DNA of 64,000 nucleotides, from contig CAUYUJ010000075.1 in the NCBI GenBank assembly GCA_963575745.1, positions 1-64,000 on the forward strand, written 5' to 3'. Positions 24,900-38,679 of this stretch are shown here, in pieces. Each line of letters starts with the position of its first letter. Within the stretch, counting starts at the first letter, position 1. The notes beneath the pieces are model-generated. The model was not told where the DNA came from and did not search any database. It saw nothing but the letters and a program-made list of their open reading frames with translations. The DNA comes from Prorocentrum cordatum (taxonomy: Eukaryota). The position numbers and the translations under genes are program-made.

Positions 24900-27800
24900 A
24901 TACAACCACGAAGCAGTATATCGCCGAGCTCAATACGCCCGAGGACAAACGCAGAAGAGACAAGCGCGGTGACGCAAGGAAGAAACTGAAAGCGGCACGC
25001 TTGGCCCCATGGGCAAATGAACAGGGGCACTGGTGCGAGAGCTCGCGGAAAAGGCCTGGCGCAGGACCCAGGGCGCAGTGGGCTCCGTCAGCCCAGGACA
25101 ATAGGCGCAAGACCAGGACGCAGAAGGCGCAGGACGCCACCTCACCAACGCGTTCCGTCGGGCAAAACAATCGCATGCGATCGGCTTCCACGACGCCGCC
25201 AGCGCGTTTCCTAGCCCGCCTTTCCCTGTCCTGGATTCCGCGATTGATCGCTTTGCGATGGCAGAAGACAGATTTCTTCTCCACCAGCGGCATCGCAACT
25301 CAGCCGCGACCGCGCAAACAGCATATAGAGAGTTGCCAATGCGATTTGGCAGCGGGGCTCTCCAAGGCGATGCGTTTGCCTGCCCTCTGTTCTTGGACGT
25401 GGACCACCCGATGGCGGGCGAGTGGCGCGCGCGCGCTCGCGATGCGCAGCTCGATTTTTCGATGTCCCACTGAAGACGGCGAAGCCGATGCATCAACGAC
25501 CACGTGTGCTGACGATCGCTCGAAGGCGCATTTGCTTACTGATGTTGGCAGCGCGGGTGGCAAACTTACCAGCTGGAATACACACTTGGACAGTGCATCG
25601 GCGCAGATAAACACCCGCCGGAATCGCGGCAGGCAGGTGCACCTCATGCACGTCGGGGGAGGTGCGCTGATACGCGCCCGCGACAAGCATGCCAGCAAGA
25701 CCCGTTGCACGGCGCGTTCTTCCTCGCGTGGAATACCTCGGCGATCACCTGAATCATGCTGGTCGCGCTGGCTCTGCGCTTGCTCGGAGGATCCGCGCCG
25801 CGGAACTCGGGTGGTCGACCCTGGGGACATCGCGGCGCCGCTGCCACAACAGGGATGCCACCCGCCTGGCATTTCACGCATGGTGCATGCCCCATCTGCT
25901 GTTGGGGCTTGTATGTTGCATTCTCAACATGACAAAATATGGACGTTTGGGCGTGTTCTTGCAGGCGGGATGTCGCAAGCCCATGCGCGGCGCAGAATGT
26001 GAGCGCGCTGAACAGAAGGACGGCGCTACTAAGTATTAGGCATTGTCTGCTCGAGCGGTTAGGCGATCTATCCAACTTGTCCCGTCACGCACTGAGCTGC
26101 AAGTTCGACGGCTTTAGCTGCGGCGGCGGGTCTCCCGGGCTCTGAGGGCCCACGAGCAACTATTGGCGACCATGTTCGGGCGTGCTCCGTGGAACTCCAC
26201 GCCGCTGGCAAGCGCGGCGATGCCCCCCGCGAGTAGATGGAACCAGCCCGCGCAAACTTAGATCTACGCCAGCCGATGAACGAGCGCAACATGTCGCCGC
26301 GCCGCGCACGAAACATTTCGGCGCGTTTCTGTCTGCGCCGCGCACGTGCGACATTTGGTCGATCGAGCCCGCGCCGAGGATCTTAGCAGTGGGTGTCTGG
26401 GTTCTCTGGTTCAACCGCATGTCGCGGATGCGGCCCATATTCATGATGCCCCCCCCTCCGCCCATCCCTGACATCGTCGACGATCCTGCGGCGCTGGCCT
26501 TGTCCAGCTGCGATCTCGAAATGCCAGATGGGGCGATTTGTTGTGAATTTCAACCAGATGCGGCAGGATTGGCTCGGCCTCGTGACCACGCGCTTGCACC
26601 GTTCACGCGTGGGCGATGAGCGGGAAGGGCAGCGCCGCGCGTTATCATGTCGCCATCGATCCTGATCCTGCTCATCTTCGTCGCTGAGTTCGCAGCCGCG
26701 GGGGCGCCAGTTTGGACGCGCGCCGCGCGCGCCCAGACATACCTCCGACCCCCCCTCTCACGGGCATTTTTTTGCACGACGGCCCGAAAGCGAAGACGCA
26801 GCGGACGGGGGCCGTCAAGCTCGGACGACGGACGTCATGAAGCCAGAGCGCCAGATGCTCACGCTCGCCACGCAAGTGGCTCTGAGACTTGACCTGGGCG
26901 CCCGCGAACTACGCGCAGCAGCCATCGCGACTCTCGTCTGCGAGATAGAGCTCGCCCCGATTGCCGCGGGGCAGGGCAGTCCGATATGAAGAAGCATGGG
27001 GAGAAACCCGAAGCGCTCGAGCAGTCCGGCGACGCGTCGAAGGCTGGCCCAGAGCAGATCCTGCCGCGGCGCCCGATCGCAAACGCCATCGCGACCGACG
27101 GGAGTTGCCCAGCGTCTACGGAGGCCATGGACACAGTTCGCAACCATCAGGCTGCCATCAGCAACCCAAAAGAATTCATTAGCAACATTTGTCTGTGCAA
27201 ATTCCGTTCCGCAAAGCGTTTGATGAGCATTCGGTGAAGTTGCGCATGGTCGCCGCGCCAGAGATGAAGCCCGTCCTCCGCGCCGTCGCGCGCCAGGTCG
27301 CCATTGGCGGCGAGGAGAAGCAGGGGCTTGAGGCCAGCGGGTTTATTGCCCTTCAGTGGTGAACGAAAATCGACAAGCTCAAAGAGATTAGCGAGTCGTC
27401 GGCTTCGGAGGGTCCAACCTCGGTCGCAACGCCGCCGGCGGTTGTTCCAACGCTCAGTGACCCGACTTTTGGTCGCAACGGCGCCAGCGGCGCCGCTGAA
27501 TTCCAGGGGCCCCCGACTGTCGCAACGGCGATGTTGCTTCCGAAGATCGCGGCTAAACTGCTCGTCGTGGCGGCGCCGGCGGCGGTCGTAATTCTAATGT
27601 GAGGTCGCAACGGCGCCAGCGGTGGTCTATCCGGCAATTCCGTTGGCCCCCGCCCCTCCTCCTGCTCCCCATGCTCGCCCTCTCATGCATGTGAAAGTTG
27701 AGACCGATGTCAAGTTTGATTTCCTCGTTGAGTTCGGGGAGGTCATTGGGGGGTCCGCGGGCGCCCCGCTCTCTGCGAGCCACCGCGCGTCCGTGCGATG

Positions 27801-29666
27801 GCATGTGCGGTCGGAGAACATGAGAAGCCTGCGTGGCCGCCCCCCTCGCTGTGAATTAAAAAGGAGGCAGTGGTCAGAGCGGACGCCATTGCCATCGTGG
27901 CCCATGTGCCACCTGCTCGCCCTTGGAGACCCGCCCAAGAGAGGCGCCAGTTCGCCCGCTCGCGCAGCGAGAGAGCCCAGACGAAGAACGAAGAGAAAGT
28001 GCGCCGCCGAGGGCCCGTGGGCGCGACGCAAACAGAATGGGCACCTGGTGGCGGCGGGCAGGCGGGGCGGCCGTCGCTGCCCTCGCTCTCCAGGGGCCCG
28101 CGCCGGCCGCGGCGCAGCTGGCGCATCACCTGCGTGGCGGGGTCCTCGAGGGAAGAAACGACTCCAGGAGAACAGCCGAAGTCGAGATAGGCTCGTAGCG
28201 GGGCCAAGGCACCCAAATAAAAGAAAAGCATGACCCTGGGATCCCATGGCCAGGGGCCCCTGCGGAAAACCGTGGCAACCTTCCTTTGCCGCCTGGCAGG
28301 AATCCTCATCCGCGCATGAAATACCTGTTGCAGATCAAGCGCAATGCCTAGGAAGCGGCGGGCACGGGTCTTCAGGAGTGCATCAGGAACGGCGCCGGCA
28401 GCGAGATCGCGTTCCAGACCCGCGCAAGTCCCAGATGGGCGAGAGTAGAGAACCGAGACTCGTCGTCACGCAGAAGCCCCCATCCACTGTCGCGCGCCCA
28501 GGACCCGCCGTTGAAATCTGCACCGCCTCCCGATATGATCTGATCCAGCAGCCTCTGGAGTGGCCCGAACTACTTGAAGCCTCTGTTGCAGCGACAAATT
28601 CGAATGCAAAGGCCGAGCCGTCGCGGGTACTCCTGAAAAGAGAAATCGAAGCTGCCGCGCCAGCTGCCAGAACTCACCTAAGACTTCCCGCCTCGCCACA
28701 GCGCAAGCCGCTTGTCCAATCCAAAAACACGTGTAACGCGCGGGCCTAGAATCCTACCGGCCCTTCGGGGCGTGGGTGGTCTTGGGCATTTCATCTTCCA
28801 CCTGCCCCCGTTCCCGCTCGGGGATACGCCCCTCCCCCCCCCACCCACCCCGCTCCTGGACCTGGGCGGGGCCGGTCGCGAGGTGGCAGGGCGCCCGATC
28901 GGCGAGGAAGCCGGAATCGTTGGTTTTTACTGCGGTTTGGCCCCGCGCTGGCCTCTCGGGGGGGCGCCGTCAAGTCAAGCCCCCCTCTCGCTTGATCGAC
29001 GTCCTCCAAGACGGCCCCGAGAGTGTCCCCGAGGCTCCCGAGAAGGCACCGACAGCCCCGAGAGGCTCCTCAGAGGCCTCCGAGAGGCTGCCAAGACACC
29101 CCCAAGAAGCCCCACGAAGCTCGCCGAGGCACCCGGGGCTCTCCAAGAAGCCTCCGGGACCGCCAAGAGGCGCCGAAGACGCTCCATGGGGCCTCCGCTG
29201 GAAGGCCGTTCCTCTGCGTGCTGCCCACCTCCCCGATCAAGGCAACTCCTCTGGGCATCGTGTCTGGATGGGCTGGTGGGGTAACGCGAACCGCCTACAT
29301 TTTCTCACATGGAACGGACCCCCACTCCGCCTCGCGTGCTCAGAGAGACGCGCGCAAGACGACGCCCCGCAGACAAGCGCCCAGCATTCGCCAATGTTCA
29401 GCGAGAGACCGATATGGGATGCTAACAGGTCCAGCGGTAGAAGCGTAGGCGTCATATCAACAAGCATATTCTGCATGCCGAAACAACAATCATCCGCGCG
29501 CGCGCCCCAGGTCCAGCCCGAGCGCGCGCCGGCACGTGGCCCGTCTTAGACCTGCGTCGAACTCCAGAGTCATCGACTCCCGACCTCTCCGCCCTGCGCC
29601 GCGCGCGACTGGGGGCCAGAACCCCGCTGCCTAAGCGAAATCGACAACTGCGATGCAACCCCCACG

Positions 29667-29718
<52 letters not shown>

Positions 29719-32700
29719 TATTTTCAAGAAAAGAAGCAAATCTACAGCAGGGCGCCCGGCGCTCCGCGGGCCCGGGAAATCCGCGCCGGCAGAATCGACG
29801 GGGGCGCCGCCTTGCGATCGGCGCATCAGATGCCAGCTTCATCAAATCACCGAATAGACTAGACCAGAAATCCCTCCGTGGACATTGCGGCCATGGGCGC
29901 CCCCGCGCTGCTGCTCCATGACCGTCTGTGGCGCTGCCTCGTTCAGGCCGATGCAGAACGCGCCCGAGGGGGCCCGGCGCCCGCCGGAGCCAGAAAGGGG
30001 GCGGGTAGACCAAGGCAGCCCCGAAACGGGAATGCCCCGATCGGCGAGCCCCGCCCCTCGCGGCTGGCGCGCCGCAGCCGGTCCTGCGAGCCCCCAGGAA
30101 GCGCGGCGCCATCGCAATCATGCGCCGCCTCGCAAAACCAAATTGAACTCAAGCGGCCCCCGGGCCCCACCAACAACCACGCAGGATGTCACTGGGGCCA
30201 GGGGGGGCGCGCCGCTTGAGACGAATGCGCGCGCCAAACTCGCCCTGGACCAGACGCCGGAAGGGTTCGCGAGGCAGTTGGCCATTCGACCGCGCGCCGG
30301 AACATTTCGCAGGCCAGCGCTTCTCATCGCGTGGAACCCTGGCGAAAACACAGGCCGGGTAAGGGGCCAGCGCGCGGGCCGCGCCACCCAGGCCCGGGCG
30401 GGGGGGGCCGCTCTCGCCCGCGGCGCGACGTCTCAACAGTGCCCAGCCAACAGACGCCTCTTCAACTTGCCCTCGCACTCCTCAATCTCCCTGCTCTGCC
30501 CCGCTTGCCCCGCCCCCTCTTCAAGACGTCGGTTCTCTACCGCGTAAATCAGATAGCACAGGCCGCCGGGGGGCCCGAAGACGCCGCGGTCAACGCCCCC
30601 CCCCCCCCCAAAGAAAGGGGGCATCGCGGCGTCGGAGAGCACGAACGAACGAGATGCCACCGCTGCCGCCCCCACCCTCGGCACGCAATGAATGCGACAT
30701 GAAGGCGCCCCCCATCATTCGATGCTTGTCGGTTCTTGAGACCCCCGGAACTCGGCCACTACGACGCTGAAAATGCCCCCACTTTCCAATTGCGCCCTGG
30801 CAGGTGCCGCCTGGGAAGGCCAGTTCGCTCAGCTGTTCTGACGCCGCCCCCCTGTGCCCAGCGTGCTGGCGAGTTCATTTCGGCGCGAAGAGGGGCCCCC
30901 CGGGTTCGGGGCGGGCAATCGCCCCTGCTGCGAGGGCATGGCCCGACGATGCCCCCACTGGAAGTCAGGGGCCCCAATGCGCTAACCGATGCAACCGGCT
31001 CATCGGCGATGCCGACAAGGAGTGGCGCGGGCGCTGCCAAGCCGAGAGAAGCCGCGAACCTCGCCCCCGATGGTGCCTCCGCGCGCGGGGTTAGGCTGAC
31101 CAATTCCACGCCGGGGCCCGCGGCCTCCGCGAATGGCGACGCGCTGCAACCGGCCCCCATGGCCATGCTCGCCCCGCGCAAGACAACGCGCATCTTCCAT
31201 CGGGACAAAGTCTCAGCCCCCTGCTACCGACGCCAAGCTGTGAGCCGCACGAGGCAGCATATCCAGGACCTTCTCCAGATACAGCTCATGCGCGCTGATG
31301 TGCTCGCGTGCGCCAGGCACGCGCACATGCGCAATCGCGAGATCCATAGCAGGCCCAGAGCAACGCTGCAGGAGGAACCCCGCTCTACCACCTCGATAGG
31401 ACAACTATGCGGGATCAGGGCACCAATCGTATCAGGGGCAGACGCGATGACTCCCCCAGCTGCCGCACCCCCAAAAAGATTGCCACATACTGTGCCCACG
31501 CGCATCTCGCGAGCTCGCGCGGCCAAGTCGGCGCTGGAATCATGCGCCTCGTGGAAACATGTCATCCGATGCCCCCCAAGCAACCCCTGCTGAAACCTCG
31601 GGTTCGCGCTGGGATGGGACGGAAGCAACGAGAGCACAAGTGCCACGCGCACAGAGGGCGAGCAGAATAGAAGGACGATCGACTCCACCAGCGCCCCCAG
31701 CCTACGGGGAGGAAACTTGCGACGCTGTGCCAAATGAATAAAAAATCTCGGTGCTCTCTCAGGGGGCAGCGGCCCAGTCGAGCCCGCGCGACCACCCTCG
31801 TCGAGCCCCCCTCTTCAGGATAGCTGCTGCACTCCCCTGAGCGGACAGATCCCCGAGAGGCGGACGCACAAACAAGGCGCATGCGCTTCGCCCTCGATCT
31901 CGGCCAAACCTGCCTTAACCACCATCGCGCTCGCGCTGCCAGCCGAAGGGCCGCAATCATAAATGGAAATATTCAACGCAGAAGCAGGCATGCCTCCCTC
32001 GGCCACATAATTCGCGCCCCGCGTGGATCCGACGCGCTCTCGCCCGGAGATCTGCGCCGCCGCCTGCCTCGGCGAGGCAGGCGGCGGCTCCAGACGCGAT
32101 AGCAAAATGCCGCGCGAGACGTCCGAGGGGGGCGCGGCGGGCGCGGAGCTCGAGGTCCAGTCCGCCCCCAGGACCAGGGAACGTAAACGGCCACTCAGAC
32201 ATGCACTTCGCGTGGAGCGCGGAAGCCATCGGACCGGAGTGTTCGGAAATCGTCAAGCGCCTTGTTACTGCAGTTAACTCCATGTCACTGGCCAAAGCAC
32301 ATTTGCGCACGATGGGTGCGACAGTGCGACCGACCCAGGGGCCACTAGACGAGAAGGGCTGCCAACGTCACCTTGTTCGATGCCGCAACGACACAGCCGC
32401 CCGATATGGCCGCCATCATGGGAGGATGCCGTCCCGCCAGTGGGAATGGCCGCGCCTCCAGTCGAAATCCCCCTCAACGCCGCCAGCTCCTCCTTCGTCG
32501 CACCAGCCGCCCCAATTATCCCCCTTTCCTCTTTCGCTCTCCACAAGCTTACGATCCCGAAACGCCTGCGCGAGGGCCTGGTCCTGGATAGCACGAATAC
32601 TTGCGAACATAAGCATTATCTGTTCCGAGAGATCTGCATGAATTGCCTGTAACCCTGCAAGTTCCTATCCGCTTGGAGCGTAAGGCCCTGGACCCCCCGA

Positions 32701-33042
32701 GGCTGACTGTTAATCTCCGCAATACACCGACCGATGTGCTCTGCGGGAGAAAACTTCGACACTGCACGAAAAATGCTGCATGAGCACTCTGAAGAGCGGA
32801 AAGCAGGTTGGAATCCATCGTGCTCGCACATGGGGGCCATGGACAGTGGGAGCGGCCCTCGCTGCCCTCACCCTCCGCATGGGTGGTGGGCGCATGCGTC
32901 TTACCTGGCCACGGCATGGCTTGGCGCATCGCCTCCATGACGAGGCGGGAGAAAAGGAACGGGAGCTGAGGAGAAACGGCGGCCGAGGGCCACGGGGCGC
33001 GGCCCGCCCCGTATGCCTGGCCACCAGGCGCCTTGAGCCAAA
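24900..33042 (-). mobile_element. Possible highly degenerate LINE-like retroelement with later insertions
   Basis: Only faint motif ghosts on the minus strand: DGVCDRAPRQDLLWASL (~27050, resembles KAFD.V.R..LW), RVQTGAP and FVLSDAAMP. SL-like TTTGGCTCAAG at 33042-33032. No long ORF. Confidence 0.25.
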
Positions 33043-33681
33043 CTTGCTTGCGCCAGCATGTTTACGGAAGAGGAGGAGGAAGGAGGATGAGGAGGAAGGA
33101 GGAACAGGCACAAGCGAGGGAGGGAAGAGGAGGAGGTTAAAAAAAGTGCAGGTGCGTTGGGACCGTGCAATCTCCTGCGGTTGACTCGGCTAGGCCCTTC
33201 CGGGAAAGGCGGAGGAGGGAGGATAAGGAGGGAAAGAAGAGCAGGAGGACGGAGGAGGGAGGAGCACGGAGGCAGGAGGAGCGGGCGGTCGAAAGATGAG
33301 AGCAAGGCCAGCGTGGTTTTGCCCGACGCCCCCCGCCGTCAGGCGCGTTGCCCGCCGCCGCTGGGTCACCCAGGCCTCAGCGTGGCGCGCACTGCCCAGT
33401 GGTCCTGAGGCCCCTTCGCTCTTGTCGTCGTCGTCGTCGTCAGCCTCGTTATCGTTTTCTCTCTTCGCTCCTCCCCCCTTCCTCCCTCCCTCCCCCCCTC
33501 CTGCTCATTGCTGGTTCCTCGCTGCTCCTCCCACTCCAATGCTTCCCTTCCTCTCACACTTTCCTGCTTGCTCCTTCCTCCCGCTCCTCCTCCTCCTCCT
33601 CCTCCTCCTCCTCCTCCTCCTCCTAAACATCCTCCCTCGTCCCGCGACGTTCGCCGCTTCTCATCCTCTTCCTGCTCCTCC

Positions 33682-33713
<32 letters not shown>

Positions 33714-34859
33714 CTCCTTTTCCTTATTCTCCTGCTCCTCCTCCTCCCCGTGGCCTTCTGTTCCCTCCTACTCATCCTCGTCCAGAGGAGGATGATCGAA
33801 GGGCCAGGTTTGCGGCCTCGTCTGGCCTCTCATGGCCCTCTGGAGGCTTCTGGGGGCCCCCAGGGGAGTCATCGTCGTCGCCGTCCTCCTCCTCAGAACG
33901 AGATTAAAGTCATGGGGTGATGAGATCGGCTCAAGATGCGCTCCAGGAGCACAGGAATGGCTAGCGTCCCTCGTGTCTGCAGCCCGCGCGAAACATAAGG
34001 AAACCTCGGACATCTGTGGCATGGTGAAATGTATCACTACCGTGACGTAATTGCTCCTCTTGCTCAAAAAAAACGAGGGATTACAGAAACGCTCGCCATT
34101 CGTGCACCTTCCGGGCCCGTGGTTGTAGTTCCGAGGCCGTTTGGGGGCCCTTCGGGACCACCTTCCTGAAATCCTCGATCCCTCCACATTCTGTGCCCCC
34201 CCCGTTGCGGTCCGCAAATCATCCTCGTCGTCGTCGCCGCCGCTGCCGACGCCGATGTCTTTGTCGTCGTCGTTGTCGTCGTCGTCTTCATCGTCGTCCG
34301 TCGTCGTCGTCGCCGTCGCCGTCGTCTTTATCGTCGTCCGTCTTCGTCGTCGTCCTCCTCCTCCTGGCGCTACCAGCCCCCCGAGCGGTCCGAGAGGTGC
34401 GTGACGCGTGGGTGCGGGCGCAGGTGCTCTGGCAGGGCCAGCGGCAGCTCCTGGAAGTCGACGGCCACCAAACCTCGCAAGGAACGCCGCGCCGTGCTGT
34501 GACAGTGAGCGCTGCTCGAGGAACGGATAGGCAACCACGTGGGCACCTTACCCCCGCAGGTCGGATTTCTGGAACGCTGCCCGGGGTTCAGAAGTCGACG
34601 CATGCCTGCAGCCAGGTGAATCCCAGCATGGGTGTCTGATACCCCAGCGTCGACTGGACTCGTAGGGGCAGGGTCCGCAAGAGGTCGCAGAGCGAAGGGG
34701 CTTCACCTGGCCACGGCCAGCCTGGGCCATGGACAGGTTCTTCCCGACACGGGTCTGAGGAGCGGCTTGCAGACCAGAGCGTCTTGGCTGCAGACGGCGG
34801 CGACGGCGACGGTCTGGTGTTCTGGCACGATTCACGATCGTCAAGACGCACCAGTCAAG

Positions 34860-37075
34860 TTGACCCGTGACGCTGCAATTCCGAGAATGGTGTGGTGGCA
34901 CGCTTCAGGCTCTTCAAACGGTTGTTTCCCAACAGGGCACTTTCATCCGTGAAAACCAATCGCTGTAGGGACCTCTGAAGAGGAAGCTTGGAGGGAATGC
35001 TTATTCATCATCGTTGACGAGCCTTGGGTTCACACCGGTCCTCCTCTTCCTCTGCTTCCTCCTCCTCTTCCCCCCATCAACGCTGTACTACAATCCTCCT
35101 GTGTTTCTTATCCCTCCTGCTTCTCGTCATCGTCTTCCCAGATCGGAGGTCCAAGTTTCGGAGGCGTCTAACCTCTCCCCCCCTTCTCTCCCCCGCTGCA
35201 ATTTCGAGAATGGTGTGGTGGCACGCTTCAGGATCTTCAAACGGTTGTTTCCCAACAGGGCACTTTCATCCGTGAAAACCAATCCCTGTAGGGACACATG
35301 AAGAAGGTGCTTGGAAGGAGGGTTTGTTCAGCATCGTTGACGAGCCTTGGGTTTACACTGGTCCTTCTCCTCATGTTCCATCTCCTCCTCCTCCTCCTCC
35401 CCCCATCAACGCTACGCTACAATCCTCCTCATCTGTGCTTTCTACCTCCTGCTTCTCGTCATCGTCTTCCCAGATCGGAGGTCCTGGTTTCTAGCCTCTT
35501 CCGTCTAGCCTCTTCCCCCCCCCGTCTCTCCCCCTCCTCCCTCCTCACTACCCTCCTCGAACCTCACAGAACCTCCCAAATTCAGTCGTAGCAACCCAAA
35601 TATGCAGACACTCCCCGAATCATGTGAAAGGGGATGCCTTTCATCTTCCTTCTTCCTTCTGCTTTCCCCGCTCCTCTTCCTCCTCCACCTCCTCCTCCTT
35701 CTCCTCCTCCTCCCCCCCCACCCTCCTCCTCCTCCTCCTCCTCCTGCTGCTCCCGCTCCTCCTCCTCCTGCTCCTCCTCCTCCTCCTCTTTCTCTTCCTC
35801 CTCATCTACCTCGTCCTCCCCCTCCTCCTCCTCCTCCTCCTCCTCCTAAATATTCTCCCTCCTCCTCCTCCCCCTCCTCCTCCTTCTCCTCATCCTCCTG
35901 TTTCTCCCTCTCAACATCCTCCGCTTCCTCGTCCTCCCTCCTCTCTCCCTCCCCCCTCCTCGTTTCTTCTTCCTCCTCCCCCATTCCTTTGCCATTTACA
36001 GAACTCCTTCCCGTCGCGCCCCGAAGCCGGTCGGAAGGGCGGGCTGAGCTTTCGCTCGAGTCTCCCTCACCACTGATGACCCTGAAACTTACAGCATGGC
36101 AACAATTTCGCATACGGACGGCGGGCGGCGTTCAGAAGTGCCTCTCGCTTCAGCGCCGCGCACCTTCGTTCTCTGAACGTTTTGCGTAAGGTTTCACGGA
36201 TCGAGGGCGGGCGGTTTTCAATGGCTCTCGCCCCAGCGCCGCGCACATTCGTAGTTTCACGAATTCCCATGGTCAGCGTATCAAAAAATGGTTTGAAAGG
36301 ATCCGGGAACGTGAGGGTGCAACAATTACTCTGATTCGCGATGTTGAAATCCCAAGAATGGTGTTCCGGTGCGATTCAGGACCGTCAAAACGCAATAATC
36401 ATGTTGATCCGTGGCGTTGGAGTCCCGAGAAAAAGTGTTTCAGCATGCTTCAGTGTCTTCAAACGGCTGTCTCGCAACGGGGCAGTTCTTTCAGTGGAAA
36501 TGAACGCTTGTAGGGGTCCATGAAGAAGGTACTTGGAGGGAGGATTATACAACCATCGTTGATGAGTCTTGGGTTTACATCCTCCTACTCATCAAGAGCT
36601 TCACGGATTGAGGGCGGCCCGTTTTCAACATTTGGCTCTCGCCGTGGCGCCGCGCACATGCGTTTCAAAATTTACAAGAGCTTCACGGATTGAAGGCGGT
36701 TCCTTTTCAAAATGTGGCTCTCGCCTCGGCGCCGCGCACATTCGTTGTGAACATTGCAAGAGCGTCACACATTCCCATGATCAGCGTACCAGAACTAGCG
36801 TTTTGGGAGGATCCCGAATTATTGGATGCAACAAGATCGTTGATTCACGGGGTTGAAATCCCAGGATGGCGGCCTGGCACGATTCAGGATCATCGAGACG
36901 CAGCAATCAATTTGATCCGTGGCGTTGGAATCCCGAGAACACTGTTTTGGCATGCTTCAGGCTCTTCAAGCGGTTGTCTTCCCAGTGGAAATGAACAGGT
37001 GTAGGGGCCTATGGAGAAGGAGCTTGGAAAGGGGGGATTCCAAAATCGTCGATGACTCTTGGGTTTACACTGGTC
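34860..37075. repeat. Locally duplicated dispersed repeat (gagaatggtgtggtggcacgcttcagg...ctgtagggac), ~4 copies with (CCT)n tracts
   Basis: Copies near 34880, 35205, 36425 and 36930. Part of 36200-36800 resembles 13390-13620 in PGM intron 1. Confidence 0.8.
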
Positions 37076-37669
37076 CTCCTCCTCCTCCTCCTCCTCCTCC
37101 TCCTCCTCCTCCTCATGATCTCTTTTCCCGACTCTCACTGCTGCTGCCTCCCTCAAGCGCTGTGGAGAAAAGAAGCGCATCCTCCCCAACCGACATTGCA
37201 AGGGTGTTGCACTTTCGCCCTCATCCGAACCACCCCTCACCTCCCCTCCTCCTTACACCACCCCTGCTCCGACCCCCCTCCCTCCTGCCCCACCCCCTCC
37301 CTCCTCCCCTCGTTCCTCCTCCCCTCCTCCATCCTCCCCACGTCCCTCTCCCCTTTGCCTTCCTGCCATCCTCCGTCTCTCCTCTCCCCACTCTTCATCC
37401 TGCCGCCTGCCCCCCTCCCCCCCTCCCACCCTCATTCACCTCTCCATTTCCCCGCCTCAACCTTCCCCCACTCCCCCCTCCCCCCTCTAGCTTCCCCTCC
37501 GCCTCCTCCTCCTCCTATCCCCCATCATTTTGCTATAATTCCCCAAACTGCGCTTGCACTGACATGTTCTTACTTCTGTTCAGAGGGACTGGGCCGGTCG
37601 GGCGATCTGGCAGCTATGTCGTCGCCGTCGCCGCCCCGTCGCCGCCTCGTCGCCGCCGTCGGATAGCAC

Positions 37670-38290
37670 CACGTAGATTGCACGAACAAATCCTGCCTGT
37701 GGCGCCTTTTTGATCGCTCGCAGCACCAATTGCACCACATATATTGAAAAGCACCATGGGTTGCACAACGTAAATAGCACAACATAGATCGCACAGCATA
37801 CATTGACCATCTAGCCTGCACAGCATATGCTGTACCTGATATATTGGACGGCGTGAATTGCACCACATAGTTTGCAGCACATAGATGACAAAATCGATAT
37901 TCGCGCATGCGGCGCGCTTTTGATCGCTCAAAGCGTAACATGCACGGCATGGGTTGCACAGCATGTTTTGCACGACCTAGATTCTGCACCATCTATTGCA
38001 TCACATCGATTGCACTGGCCATAATCCACAGCATATGCTGCACCATATGTATTCCACAACACATGTCGCTTCACATAGATTGCACCCCACACGCACGCAC
38101 ACACACACACATAGGTATATAAATATTGCGCTACATGTATTGCGCCGTGTACAGTACACCGCACAGATTGCACAACATGTATTGCACAATGCGTATTGCG
38201 ACGCATTGCTTGTTTCACATAGGTGCACCACCTAGATCGCACCACATACAGTGCGCAACCTAGACGGCACACCATTGATTGCACAACCTA
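37670..38290. repeat. Degenerate (ttgcaccacata)-type short-period repeat
   Basis: Seen directly. Similar tracts at 15570-15800 and 42840-43045. Confidence 0.75.
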
Positions 38291-38679
38291 TAACCACGAT
38301 GAATGTTCAGAACCACCCCCGAAACGCGTGACTAATTATTTTCTCGTCGGCCTTATTGAAGGACTGGGGTCCCACCAATAGGGGTAAGTAACTATTTGTT
38401 TCCGCGGCAACCACCGCGCAACAACGACGACGGCAGTTACGACTACGATTGCGACTACGACTACGGCGACTATTACTACTCATGCCTCAGGCGCGCTCTC
38501 ACAGAAAATCCTAATTCAGAAACTCGATCCTCAGAAATTGCATCTTCAGAAAAGGGGGAGGGGGGAAGGAGAAGGAAGAAGTTTTAGGACCAGGCCTATT
38601 CACCACCGAGTGAAAAGAGAGGGACCAACATTAAGAAAACCTCCTGAAATTGTAGCATCACAGAGATTCTCACTTCTAA

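Noticed and set aside
32549..32938. WPPC as a second methyltransferase catalytic motif
   Set aside because: No accompanying motif I, ENP or CxxG motifs in order.
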